Of a DNA stretch of 32,577 nt, positions 1 through 8,716 are shown piece by piece; position 1 is the first letter of the stretch, and each line of letters opens with the position of its first letter. Origin of the DNA: Bdellovibrionota bacterium (GTDB lineage Bacteria; Bdellovibrionota; Bdellovibrionia; Bdellovibrionales; JAEYZS01); NCBI GenBank assembly GCA_963169515.1, contig CAUJEF010000145.1, positions 1 to 32,577 of the forward strand. Direction: 5' to 3'. The position numbers and the translations under genes were made by a program. The notes under the pieces were generated by a model. It was not told where the DNA came from. It saw only the letters and a program-made list of their open reading frames with translations, and did no database searches.

Positions 1-35
1 ACACCGCCGGTTGTGATTTCAACAATGTTGTCATT

Positions 36-869
36 TCAATCTGATCCAACTAAAAGATTACCGTTTGGCAAGACGGCAATTGCTGTCGGATTATTAGTAT
101 ATGTCGTTCCACTTATAATAGTTGCTGCGACATCTGCTCCCGTGAAGGCTTCAGGTAGCTCGTATATTGTGTCATTTGTTTGAGTTCCAATATAAACATT
201 CCCATTTGGATGTACTGCGAGCGGAATGGGTTGATTCGCTCCTATCGTGACATTTGAGTCCGAACATGACGGGGAAGATGTAGATATATCATATCGCAGT
301 ACACGACCATTTCCGAAGCTAGCTACTATTAAATCTCCCAGGCTGTTAATAGCCAAGCCTCTAGCGGCAGAGATAGTGCATCCTCCGACAACTGTGCCTA
401 TGAAGGGTGCGCCAATACGAGTGTTGCCGCTGAAAAGTTCGATATTATTTGTCTCGATAACCAGGAATTGATTGTTGGCTCTTTTTGCCATGCCATAAAT
501 ATTACCGCTCAGATTTAGATTTGTTGTGTAGCTTTCCATGTAGCCAGTTAATAGGTTCACTTTTCGCAATGAGTCTGGCGTATCACTGGCTATTAAAATG
601 TTGAATTCATCAAATATTGATGTACCCCGAGGAATCAGCCCGATGCTAGAGGTGTCCTTTACAATTTGCAAAAAATTTCCGTTAATGTCATACATGGCAA
701 CTCCGTAACTTACAGGTGCGGTGGTTGCGTAAGAGACCAAGATGCGTCCATCATTAAGCCCCAAGGTAGAATAAAAGAAGCTGTCGCCTTTCGACCCACA
801 TCCAAAAAATGATATCGAGAGTGCCCCAACGGAAACAATTGATAAAAAATAAGTAGCTATCAATTTCAT
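36..869 (-). CDS. Lipoprotein with NHL-like beta-propeller repeats; probably truncated by an in-frame TGA, with the frame continuing to the window edge
   Basis: Signal peptide with lipobox-like FFGC. Repeated blades LAINSLGDLIVAS, LAVHPNGNVYIGT and IAVLPNGNLLVGS. Past the TGA at 36-38 the frame reads NDNIVEITTGG. Confidence 0.75.
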   Translation of the reverse strand: MKLIATYFLSIVSVGALSISFFGCGSKGDSFFYSTLGLNDGRILVSYATTAPVSYGVAMYDINGNFLQIVKDTSSIGLIPRGTSIFDEFNILIASDTPDSLRKVNLLTGYMESYTTNLNLSGNIYGMAKRANNQFLVIETNNIELFSGNTRIGAPFIGTVVGGCTISAARGLAINSLGDLIVASFGNGRVLRYDISTSSPSCSDSNVTIGANQPIPLAVHPNGNVYIGTQTNDTIYELPEAFTGADVAATIISGTTYTNNPTAIAVLPNGNLLVGSD

Positions 870-1492
870 TTATTGACCACCAATTCTCTTGTTAGTGAGG
901 CCACTGAAGCACCAGTTACAAAAGTAAAATTTAACCAGACCGTCTTGTTTGATATTTTTGCATTCCTTGAAGCTCTGATTTCACTTTTTGAAATTTGCCC
1001 ACTCCCGAAGGTATATCCAATGCCGACAAGCATTTTTCCTACATTGTAGTCCAGTCCAGTAGAAATCTGCGATGTATTATAGCCGTATTCGATTTGGTTT
1101 CCTATTGATCCAACATAGGAATGGGATGCCCTCATCAAATAGTAGTTGTAGGACAAGTAAAGGGAGTAGTATGTAAATTTTAATCCTAGTCCAGGCCCAT
1201 AGTGATGGGCCATTTCAGCAAATTGATTGCTGTTTATGGAGTTTTTCAAATCGTCGTACTGGAATTGTCCACTGACGTACATGGAAAAATTGTTTTCAAA
1301 TATCGGAACCAAAACTTTACCGAGTACTGACAATCCGTCAAAACCTGCGGCAGATCCGTTGGGATTCTCTATTTCCACTGACGGAACCCCAATAGCAGCC
1401 TGAAAGCTTAAGCCGTGGGCCTCTTTAGAGTGCGAAGAAAAAGAGATGCTGGACATAGCAATGATAAACAAAATATGTTTATATTTCAACAT
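866..1492 (-). CDS. Outer-membrane beta-barrel protein (OMP_b-brl-like)
   Basis: Start reassigned to ATG 1492 (GGAG RBS at about 1507-1510). Signal peptide; alternating aromatic/Gly beta-strands (GLGLKFTY, STGLDYNV, VGIGYTFG). Its stop overlaps the start of the downstream lipoprotein. Confidence 0.65.
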   Translation of the reverse strand: MLKYKHILFIIAMSSISFSSHSKEAHGLSFQAAIGVPSVEIENPNGSAAGFDGLSVLGKVLVPIFENNFSMYVSGQFQYDDLKNSINSNQFAEMAHHYGPGLGLKFTYYSLYLSYNYYLMRASHSYVGSIGNQIEYGYNTSQISTGLDYNVGKMLVGIGYTFGSGQISKSEIRASRNAKISNKTVWLNFTFVTGASVASLTRELVVNK

Positions 1493-1585
1493 CTTACAAA
1501 TTAACACTCCTTGTAATATTTTATTAAAATATGACGAATTATGAAATTTTAAATTCAATTTTAAATTTTTATTTAGTTTTAGGGA

Positions 1586-1611
1586 CCCAGGCATTGATCT
1601 AGTTGCCTGGG
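1586..1611. other. Inverted repeat / stem-loop CCCAGGCA-N10-TGCCTGGG after the small basic ORF
   Basis: Perfect 8-bp inverted repeat. No clear U-tract on the minus strand, so a terminator role is uncertain. Confidence 0.45.
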
Positions 1612-1620
1612 CCTTTGGGT

Positions 1621-1797
1621 TCAACTTGGGTGAATGCTTTTTTTTATTTGTTTTAAAATAGTTTTTTTATTTTTTTCGAAGGCCCGAATGATTTTTTTCT
1701 TTTTCTTTGCAGCCGCTTTTTTTTGAGCAACGACTTTGGGGAACTCTTTGAGTGCCTTCTTTATTTTTTTTAGGCGTTCGATTTGCTCTTTGGTCAT
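1621..1797 (-). CDS. Small Lys-rich protein (58 aa) translationally coupled to the P-loop ATPase; not in the ORF track
   Basis: ATGA overlap with the ATPase stop at 1794-1797. Translates as MTKEQIERLKKIKKALKEFPKVVAQKKAAAKKKKKIIRAFEKNKKTILKQIKKSIHPS. Confidence 0.55.
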   Translation of the reverse strand: MTKEQIERLKKIKKALKEFPKVVAQKKAAAKKKKKIIRAFEKNKKTILKQIKKSIHPS

Positions 1798-2381
1798 GTT
1801 TTGCCCTTGCTTAAAAATTTTTCACTAAATTTATTTTGGCCAGCCCCATCCAACTTTTCGTAATCGTCCTTGCTGAGTATCAGTTTGGGCTGTGAATTCG
1901 AGTTGTCGAATATGTACCAGTCTTTGCACAGCGTACGATAGAGAGCCCAAAAGTTTTCAACCGAGCGAGGGATTCTTCTTTTAACTGCTTCTTTGGGGAT
2001 GTCGTGTCCACCTAAGGAAACCCTTTGTTTAATTCGCAGCAGGTTTAGTTTATAATTATTAAGATAAAGAAAATAAATGACGATTTCGTATCCCTGTTTT
2101 TTTGCATCAGATAGCGTATGCAGCCAGTTGCGACCCGATAATGTACTTTCAAAGCAAAAGGATTCGTTTTTGGAAATGCGATCTTTAACTTCAGAAATTA
2201 AAACTCGCCCTGCTTGTATCGATGCTTTTTCGGTTCCTATAGGGGAGATACCGCTGGCAATTAAATCCGGATTTAAATAAACGGAAGTGATCTTTTGTTT
2301 AACCAGATAGGTTTCTGCGAAAGTTGTTTTGCCACTGCCGTTGGGCCCAGCGACGATTTCGATTTTTTTTGAACTACTCAT
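1794..2381 (-). CDS. Zeta-toxin-like / AAA-family P-loop kinase-ATPase (COG4185-type)
   Basis: Walker A AGPNGSGKTT, plus NPDLIA, SFCFESTLSG and RIKQRVSLGGHDIP motifs typical of this family. Confidence 0.85.
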   Translation of the reverse strand: MSSSKKIEIVAGPNGSGKTTFAETYLVKQKITSVYLNPDLIASGISPIGTEKASIQAGRVLISEVKDRISKNESFCFESTLSGRNWLHTLSDAKKQGYEIVIYFLYLNNYKLNLLRIKQRVSLGGHDIPKEAVKRRIPRSVENFWALYRTLCKDWYIFDNSNSQPKLILSKDDYEKLDGAGQNKFSEKFLSKGKT

Positions 2382-2395
2382 CGCTACCTAAAAAT

Positions 2396-2472
<77 letters not shown>

Positions 2473-2527
2473 TAACATAATTATTCGAATTTTATCTCAA
2501 GCGAGATTTAAAAATTGAGATCTGATG

Positions 2528-2556
2528 AAATTAAGTTAGTAGACAACGTATGTCAA
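2528..2556 (-). promoter_or_regulatory. Putative sigma70 promoter for tRNA-Pro
   Basis: Perfect TTGACA (2556-2551), 17-nt spacer, then a weak TAATTT -10. Confidence 0.4.
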
Positions 2557-2726
2557 TAAACCTGCCCTAAAGTCCTAACACTGAGTATAATCATATTAAA
2601 AAGATATTGCTTTCTGGACCAAGACAAAAATACGATCAAGGCGTAAACGTAAGGAAAACAAATTTAAGATGAACAACAGTGTGGAGGCTCGCGTAAGCCC
2701 CAACTGAAAGCAACAAGGAGTTATGA

Positions 2727-3995
2727 ATGAAAAAGCTTATGTTTGTCGTCGCTAGCTTAGCACTTGCTTCAATAGCAATGGCTGCCGATGGCACAGAGAC
2801 AAAATTTAGCGGCGAGCTTCGTGGCCGTTACTTGATGGCGGATAATCCATCTATGGCGCCAGATGCGACTGCAGACGGATCGTCAGGATGGATGCAAAGA
2901 ACTAAAATGGGCGTAACATTCTCAAAAGGCGAAGACCTAATGGGACAATTTACCTTTATGCATAACGCCAATTGGGGGGATGCTGCAAACGGTGGTGCTG
3001 CAAACGGTGGTGTTGCTGCGGGAACTTCCGATGTGTGGGCGTCTGAAGCATGGGGATTTTGGAAAGCTACAGACAACTTTTCTCTACGTATTGGTCGTGG
3101 TGGATTTCAAATCGCGGATGGATCTGTTGTTGGAACAAACGACTGGGCTGAAATGCCAAAAGCATTTGAAGGCGTTTTGGGTACTTGGTACACAGAATTT
3201 GCCAACATTCATGGGTTTGGCGTAAAAGGTGTTGATAGCACAGGAGCTGTCGGAACAGACACTCCAGAAGCGAACTTTTACGGTTTAAGCTTTGATGTTA
3301 AAAACCTTCCAGAAGCTCTTAAAATGGCGAATGTTCACTTCTTGCAAATTAATTCGCATGATGTCATTGCTGCAGGTATGATGACAAATACACTTCGCTA
3401 CGGACTAACACTTGGCGGTGGTCTGAATAACTTCGACTATCGTGCAACTTATGCAGGCTATTCTGGTGAAGCAAAAATGGGTGCAACCTCAGCAGATATG
3501 ACGGGTTCAATGTTTGATGTTGAAGCAGGTTACACCTTACCAGACTACATGAAATGGCACTTCGGTGTTCTTTATCATATGGATTCTGGCGAGGATGCTG
3601 ATGCCTCTAAAACAACCCAGTACGACCCATTCCATTACAACGAACATGAAAATGCAGGTTTAATGGATGTCATTGCTTGGGGTAACTCAACTTACATTAA
3701 AGTTGGTACTTCTATCGCTCCGTGGGAAAATTCAGTGATTGGTTTGGACTACTATATGTTCAGCCTATCTGAAGAAGCGGATACTGTGAATTATCAAACA
3801 GCCGGCTACGGTGCTGCTCGAAATGCAACACTCAGTGACGCTGTTGGTTCAGAGATCGATTTCTATGCTACAAAAACATACGCAAACGGTTTCTCAGCAG
3901 GTCTTCGCTACGGCGTTTTCACTCCGGGCGACTACTACGTAGACACTGCCGAAGCAGCAAGCCAATTCATGCTTGAAGGCAAATTCACTTTCTAA
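2727..3995 (+). CDS. Alginate-export-family outer-membrane beta-barrel (porin-like)
   Basis: AAGGAG RBS, signal peptide, N-terminal FSGELRGRY, RIGRGGFQIADGSVVGTNDW..AFEG segment, GSEIDF, C-terminal Phe. Codon bias suggests high expression. Confidence 0.75.
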   Translation: MKKLMFVVASLALASIAMAADGTETKFSGELRGRYLMADNPSMAPDATADGSSGWMQRTKMGVTFSKGEDLMGQFTFMHNANWGDAANGGAANGGVAAGTSDVWASEAWGFWKATDNFSLRIGRGGFQIADGSVVGTNDWAEMPKAFEGVLGTWYTEFANIHGFGVKGVDSTGAVGTDTPEANFYGLSFDVKNLPEALKMANVHFLQINSHDVIAAGMMTNTLRYGLTLGGGLNNFDYRATYAGYSGEAKMGATSADMTGSMFDVEAGYTLPDYMKWHFGVLYHMDSGEDADASKTTQYDPFHYNEHENAGLMDVIAWGNSTYIKVGTSIAPWENSVIGLDYYMFSLSEEADTVNYQTAGYGAARNATLSDAVGSEIDFYATKTYANGFSAGLRYGVFTPGDYYVDTAEAASQFMLEGKFTF

Positions 3996-4020
3996 TTTGA
4001 TCTGAAAAGATTAAATCACA

Positions 4021-4052
4021 AAAAGCCGAGACCCGCTCTCGGCTTTTTTTTT
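4021..4052 (+). terminator. Intrinsic terminator, probably bidirectional
   Basis: AAAAGCCGAGA-cccgc-TCTCGGCTTTT followed by a long T run. Confidence 0.9.
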
Positions 4053-4053
4053 A

Positions 4054-4068
4054 GGGTGCCAGGCACCC
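4054..4068. repeat. Short palindrome GGGTGCC-A-GGCACCC (REP-like)
   Basis: Perfect 7-bp inverted repeat directly after the terminator; single copy in the window. Confidence 0.5.
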
Positions 4069-4094
4069 GTTGTCCGTTGGCCGGACGAAAGTGG

Positions 4095-4124
4095 TTGTCA
4101 GATGCTGATATATTTCATTAAAAT
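4095..4124 (+). promoter_or_regulatory. Putative sigma70 promoter, leaderless arrangement
   Basis: TTGTCA-N18-TAAAAT, ending 6 nt before ATG 4131; no SD sequence. Confidence 0.5.
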
Positions 4125-4130
4125 TATCTG

Positions 4131-4634
4131 ATGAGATGTTTTTTGTTGATATTCTTTGTGGCTATTTCGTGTCCAGCAAAGGCTAAGGCATCTAAAAAAG
4201 CCAAGATCGATTTAAGACCCACTACAGTAAAAGAACTTACGCAGGTTTTCAGTCAGGCAGAACGGCTTAGGCAATTCATGTTTGAATCCAATGGGCCATT
4301 AGTCGGCGGACAGCTTGAATTTTTAAAAGTGTCGATCCAAAAAGCAATGAATGCGAGCAAAAGTGAAAGCGTCAAGGGTCAACACATCAGTCGATTGTTA
4401 CTTTCTGCGCAAGATAGTCTGACAAATGCGCAGAATACTTCGGGCAAACAAAAAACTAAATTTATCCAAGATGCTTTCAAACAGCTTGTAATCCTGTATC
4501 AAACTTACCAATTGGATTTAAAATACACGATTTATTGGTGCCATATCGATCGAAGTATATGGTTTCAAAAGGGATCAAAAGCACAAAACCCTTTCGAGCC
4601 GCGATCAAATTGCGGCCGTGTTGTAACCAAATAG
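4131..4634 (+). CDS. Secreted protein with a DUF3347-associated-like C-terminal motif
   Basis: Signal peptide. C-terminal YWCHIDRSIWFQ...NPF...CG resembles the YCPM..W....I.NP....CG motif of DUF3347-containing proteins. Confidence 0.55.
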   Translation: MRCFLLIFFVAISCPAKAKASKKAKIDLRPTTVKELTQVFSQAERLRQFMFESNGPLVGGQLEFLKVSIQKAMNASKSESVKGQHISRLLLSAQDSLTNAQNTSGKQKTKFIQDAFKQLVILYQTYQLDLKYTIYWCHIDRSIWFQKGSKAQNPFEPRSNCGRVVTK

Positions 4635-4641
4635 GAACCTG

Positions 4642-5244
4642 ATGAATAACCTACCCCGAGCGATGTTGGTTGCGCTTGGCCTAGCCGGCGGATTAATACT
4701 CATCTACCTGGTGACTCCCCCCTTTACGGCCTGTACGGCTCAGTACGAGGTTATTCAGAAGTCTTTGACCCCGTATCTATATCTGGACCCAAGGAAAAAA
4801 CATATCGTTAAGACAGGGATGCAAAAATCCGTTGAAGATTGTAAATTAACGAATAACTCCGGTGGATGTTTCCCATTTTTTGAAGGCTCTCAAAAAATGG
4901 TGCATGAACTAAGGGTGGTGAGCCCCGAGTGTGCGGCAGAAGTTTTGGAGAAATCCGAAATAAAAAGTGCTTTGTTCCAGTCGACTCGTTTCATGGTAGC
5001 TTTAGCTTGGGGAGCAGCCCCACCGAAATCTGAATTTGAACGTGACGGATGGTACGACAACTTGAATAAAGCAATTTTTTGTGAGTTGAAAACTTTTTTG
5101 CAAAACAACTTCAAAGATGATTGGGCAAGTTTCATTGACGAGACCCTTCAGTCGTTACCCGGCTCCAACGAACTTCAGGGCCCAAAGGGATGGCGGGAAG
5201 CGACCTGGAACCGTACCATCTTGGCAAATCGATGTGATTTTTGA
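4642..5244 (+). CDS. Hypothetical membrane-anchored Cys-rich protein
   Basis: N-terminal TM helix, several Cys, operon spacing, ATGA overlap with the next gene. Confidence 0.7.
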   Translation: MNNLPRAMLVALGLAGGLILIYLVTPPFTACTAQYEVIQKSLTPYLYLDPRKKHIVKTGMQKSVEDCKLTNNSGGCFPFFEGSQKMVHELRVVSPECAAEVLEKSEIKSALFQSTRFMVALAWGAAPPKSEFERDGWYDNLNKAIFCELKTFLQNNFKDDWASFIDETLQSLPGSNELQGPKGWREATWNRTILANRCDF

Positions 5245-5642
5245 TGAACCAAAAACGCGATTTAATCCAAATTTTAATTTTTCAACTGCTCACTGTTCCT
5301 GCCGTAATTTTTATTTTCAAGTTTATCGAGCCCCGCCAAATTGCAGCACTTTTAGCAAGCTTTACGTTCATTTCATTTGGCGTTTTTGGGTTATTTAAAA
5401 TTACAAAATGGCCGGCCTTTAAATGGGATATTTTATTTTGGCTTTTTTGTATTCACTTGCTTGTGATCTCGCTTCCGACATTATTCGTTCGGCTGTTAAA
5501 TTGGTCTTCTGACTTTGCCACTCTGCATATCTTTAGTATTCCGGCCCCTGTTTTTCACAAACTAAGCGAGCGATTTGCCATGATTATGATGGTGGTGGTT
5601 TTGATTAAAATTTATAGACTAAGGTCCCCGAAGGCAGGCTGA
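5241..5642 (+). CDS. Hypothetical integral membrane protein (about 4 TM)
   Basis: Four hydrophobic segments; coupled to the upstream gene. Confidence 0.7.
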   Translation: MMNQKRDLIQILIFQLLTVPAVIFIFKFIEPRQIAALLASFTFISFGVFGLFKITKWPAFKWDILFWLFCIHLLVISLPTLFVRLLNWSSDFATLHIFSIPAPVFHKLSERFAMIMMVVVLIKIYRLRSPKAG

Positions 5643-5775
5643 GCCTAGACTTAGTTACCGCAATCGCCGTTCTTTAATTTTTAGCCATCTAATTTTGATA
5701 TTTTTCTTGGTCATTTTGTGTAATCAAACCCACTTAAAAAACCGAAAAAGATACAAGAAAATAGGGGATTTAAAT

Positions 5776-7266
5776 ATGTCAGAAGCCAGTAAAAAAGATG
5801 ATCAAACGCGTGTTTCCAAAAGTAAAGCATTTCGATTTCGTGAATCTAGAATCACACTACCTGAAAAATTCAGTTCGCACGCACTTTTAAAAAACTTCTA
5901 TGGCGATGAAGTCACCGCAAAGGTAGTAAACCTTTCTCAGTTTGGTGCAAGGATTGAAGTCGATACAAAAGATTTTAATTTGCATAAAAACGAATTAATA
6001 AAAGAGGCGAGCGTTTTTGTAAATCACACAAAAGTATATAGCGGCTCCATCAAGGTTGTGAACGAGGCACAGATCGACATAGGCAGGATCGCATATGGGA
6101 TTATTTTTAACGACGATGGAATTGACGTCGAAAAGGTTCGAGCTATCTTAGAGATGGATGGCAAAGAAGATGAATTCATTATTACCACAAGAAACTTTGA
6201 ATTATCAGATCTGGTTTCCCCCAGATTCAAAGAGCTTGTCGCTGATTTAAACACCGTTTTGCAAGAGGTGAGGATAAAGCTTCTGCACGAGGAAATGAGA
6301 ATAAAGGACGCGTATAAAGACGGAGCGTATCAGCAAAGCCTTTGTGAGCACGCCATCTCCATTGCCTTTTCTGTTTACGGTCCGGAAGTAAATCGAATTT
6401 TTTCAAAATTCCAAGAGCTGTCATCTAACTTTGTTGGTGACGAAATTTCTATTCATAAGAAATATTTCCGAATCAACTTTCATCCAATTTTAATGGCCAC
6501 TCCGTTCGTTAATCGGAGCTTCACAAAACCACTCGGTTACTCTGGTGACTATGGGCTAATGGTAATGCTGTACGAATACGAGGACCTTGGGGGAAATCTT
6601 TTTGACAAGTTTTTTCACCGTTTTTGTTGCAATCAAATTGTTACGCTTGCAAACAAAAATCGGGTAGAGGTGCTTAGCCAGTTGATCGTTGAAGATTACA
6701 CAAAATGCTCAAAAAAAGCGGATGAATTTAAAATTTCTAGTATTGCCTGCGGACCCGCACGAGAGATTCAACTCGCGTTGGATAAAATTGAAAATGATCA
6801 TGGGCCTCGAATTGAGATAAAGTTGATAGACAACGAACCTATGGCGCTAGAACACGCACGAAGAAAATTGAGTAAAAACCTGGTGAGTAGGAATTGCAAC
6901 ATAGAGTTTTTCCAAGAAGATGCCATACTCGGTATAATAAAAAAGAGACCGTTTGCAAATGAAATGGAGAATTCTGACGTAATAGTTTGCGCAGGCCTAT
7001 TTGATTACCTAAGCGATAGGGTGAGCGCGAAGCTTATTGAATCGCTATTCGCAATGCTTAAGCCTTGTGGCAGACTTTTAATTGGTAATGTTTCAAAATC
7101 AAATCCAGATCGCTTCTCAATGGAGTATGGGTTGGACTGGCATTTGGTATTAAGATCCAAGGACGATTTATTGAATCTTGTCCCAAGTTCGATAAAGGCA
7201 GCTGCGAAAGTAGATGTTATTTCAGAATCTTTAGGGGTGAACCTGTTTTTGAGCATTATAAAGTAA
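5776..7266 (+). CDS. PhcB-like class I SAM-dependent methyltransferase with N-terminal PilZ-like beta-domain
   Basis: Start reassigned to ATG 5776 (AGGGGA RBS). PilZ-like RFRESR...NLSQFGA; family motif KPLGYSGDY; SAM motif SIACGPAREI; AGLFDYL; LKPCGRLLIGN; LDWHLVLRS. Confidence 0.8.
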   Translation: MSEASKKDDQTRVSKSKAFRFRESRITLPEKFSSHALLKNFYGDEVTAKVVNLSQFGARIEVDTKDFNLHKNELIKEASVFVNHTKVYSGSIKVVNEAQIDIGRIAYGIIFNDDGIDVEKVRAILEMDGKEDEFIITTRNFELSDLVSPRFKELVADLNTVLQEVRIKLLHEEMRIKDAYKDGAYQQSLCEHAISIAFSVYGPEVNRIFSKFQELSSNFVGDEISIHKKYFRINFHPILMATPFVNRSFTKPLGYSGDYGLMVMLYEYEDLGGNLFDKFFHRFCCNQIVTLANKNRVEVLSQLIVEDYTKCSKKADEFKISSIACGPAREIQLALDKIENDHGPRIEIKLIDNEPMALEHARRKLSKNLVSRNCNIEFFQEDAILGIIKKRPFANEMENSDVIVCAGLFDYLSDRVSAKLIESLFAMLKPCGRLLIGNVSKSNPDRFSMEYGLDWHLVLRSKDDLLNLVPSSIKAAAKVDVISESLGVNLFLSIIK

Positions 7267-7273
7267 TTTAGAT

Positions 7274-8716
7274 ATGAAAAAAGAACTTCCAGGGACCTAC
7301 ATCGAATATGAACGTGAAGTTCACATAAGACGGGCAAGACAAGCGATTGTATATTTTGCCATCCCGGCCGTATTGATATGGACTATTGTGGATCGTTTTT
7401 ATGTTCCAGATATCATGATGGAATTCTTTTTTGTTCGTTTATTGGTTATCCCCGCAGCTATAATTACTCTAATTTTGTTCCGTCAAAAAAATATTATTTC
7501 GCATGACAAGCTTTATACAGTTCCGTCATTTTTTATGATCTTTTTTATTGGTGTCTATTCTGCCTATTTATGTTATCGGACGGGATTTGAAGAGTCGATT
7601 TATTATGCGGGTATAAACTTAGTTGCAGTAGCACTGTTTGGATTTGTACCCTGGCAACCATATCAACTTTTTATTTTGCCATTTTTGCTTTACTTGCCGT
7701 GGGGGGCAATGCTTTTTTTTAAATCAAGTCAGCTCAATATGGCGATTCTGGTCCCGCATACGGCATTTATGGCTTCAACGGCAACAATAGGATTCGGAAT
7801 CTCGTTGATCATGCGAGCGATTCGAATTAGCGATTTTAAGGCAAAAGTGAGGTTGGATAACGAACTGAAGACCAAGGAGCAGGTTATCGCCCGCAAGACC
7901 AATGAGGGCATATATCTCGAAAAACTTGCAAGCCAGTTTTCCCCACAAGTTATCGATGCAATCAAGAACGGAAAAATATCAATTGATGCCAAAGTAAGAT
8001 CTGAAATATCATGCATCTTTATTGACATAGAAAATTCAACGGACAGATCTGGGAAAATTGATCACAATGACTACCTCGATACGATCACAGAGTTTTTTAA
8101 TAATTGTATAGAAATATTACTAAGGCATGACATTACAATTGGAACTTATCTGGGGGACGGAATGCTTGCATTTGTAAACGCTCCTCAAAAACGCGAAAAT
8201 CATCCCTTGGTTGCAATAGAGGCATGCTTAGATATTCTAAGGGAGCATGACTCGAAAAGAAAATACTACTTTGAAAAGTGGCGCAGGGATTTCAACGTCA
8301 GAATTGGCATAAATACCGGGTACTCATATGTCGGCTTTTTTCCAAGTTATAAGCGGGGAACGTATACAGGGATGGGTGATTCTGTAAATTTGGCATCAAG
8401 ACTGTGCACAAGAGCTACTGCCAATACGATATGCGTCTCCAAAACCTTTATGAAAAGAATCGTTCAAAGCGCGCCGAGTGTTGAAATTATCAAAACAGAA
8501 AGAGTAAATGATCTAAAGGGTTTTGAGAGTGAGCAAATTGAAATTTTCCATCTACGTCATAAAAACACAATTTCGATTCCTTCTGCAGATCTGTGCCCCA
8601 TGTGCAAAGGCAATTTCACAATAGAAGCCGATCTGGGGGTCTCGCTTTATTTAAAGTGTCCTTCGTGCGGCTTCATAGATCTTAGGGACAAAATTCATAA
8701 GAAAAAAGCTGCCTAG
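7274..8716 (+). CDS. Membrane-bound class III adenylate/guanylate cyclase with ~6-TM sensor and C-terminal Cys4 ribbon
   Basis: Hydrophobic N-terminus; catalytic motifs FIDIENST, YLGDG, RIGINTG and GDSVNLASRL; C-terminal CPMC...CPSC. Confidence 0.88.
   Translation: MKKELPGTYIEYEREVHIRRARQAIVYFAIPAVLIWTIVDRFYVPDIMMEFFFVRLLVIPAAIITLILFRQKNIISHDKLYTVPSFFMIFFIGVYSAYLCYRTGFEESIYYAGINLVAVALFGFVPWQPYQLFILPFLLYLPWGAMLFFKSSQLNMAILVPHTAFMASTATIGFGISLIMRAIRISDFKAKVRLDNELKTKEQVIARKTNEGIYLEKLASQFSPQVIDAIKNGKISIDAKVRSEISCIFIDIENSTDRSGKIDHNDYLDTITEFFNNCIEILLRHDITIGTYLGDGMLAFVNAPQKRENHPLVAIEACLDILREHDSKRKYYFEKWRRDFNVRIGINTGYSYVGFFPSYKRGTYTGMGDSVNLASRLCTRATANTICVSKTFMKRIVQSAPSVEIIKTERVNDLKGFESEQIEIFHLRHKNTISIPSADLCPMCKGNFTIEADLGVSLYLKCPSCGFIDLRDKIHKKKAA

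Noticed and set aside
3..38. Selenocysteine at the in-frame TGA
   Set aside because: The position is a non-catalytic propeller turn with no Cys-equivalent context. Only a tiny CAAC/GTTG stem follows, and too little downstream sequence is visible to support a SECIS.
5720..5750. Sigma28-like promoter (TCAA...CCGAAAA) before the methyltransferase
   Set aside because: Spacing is shorter than the consensus and the match is weak in AT-rich sequence.
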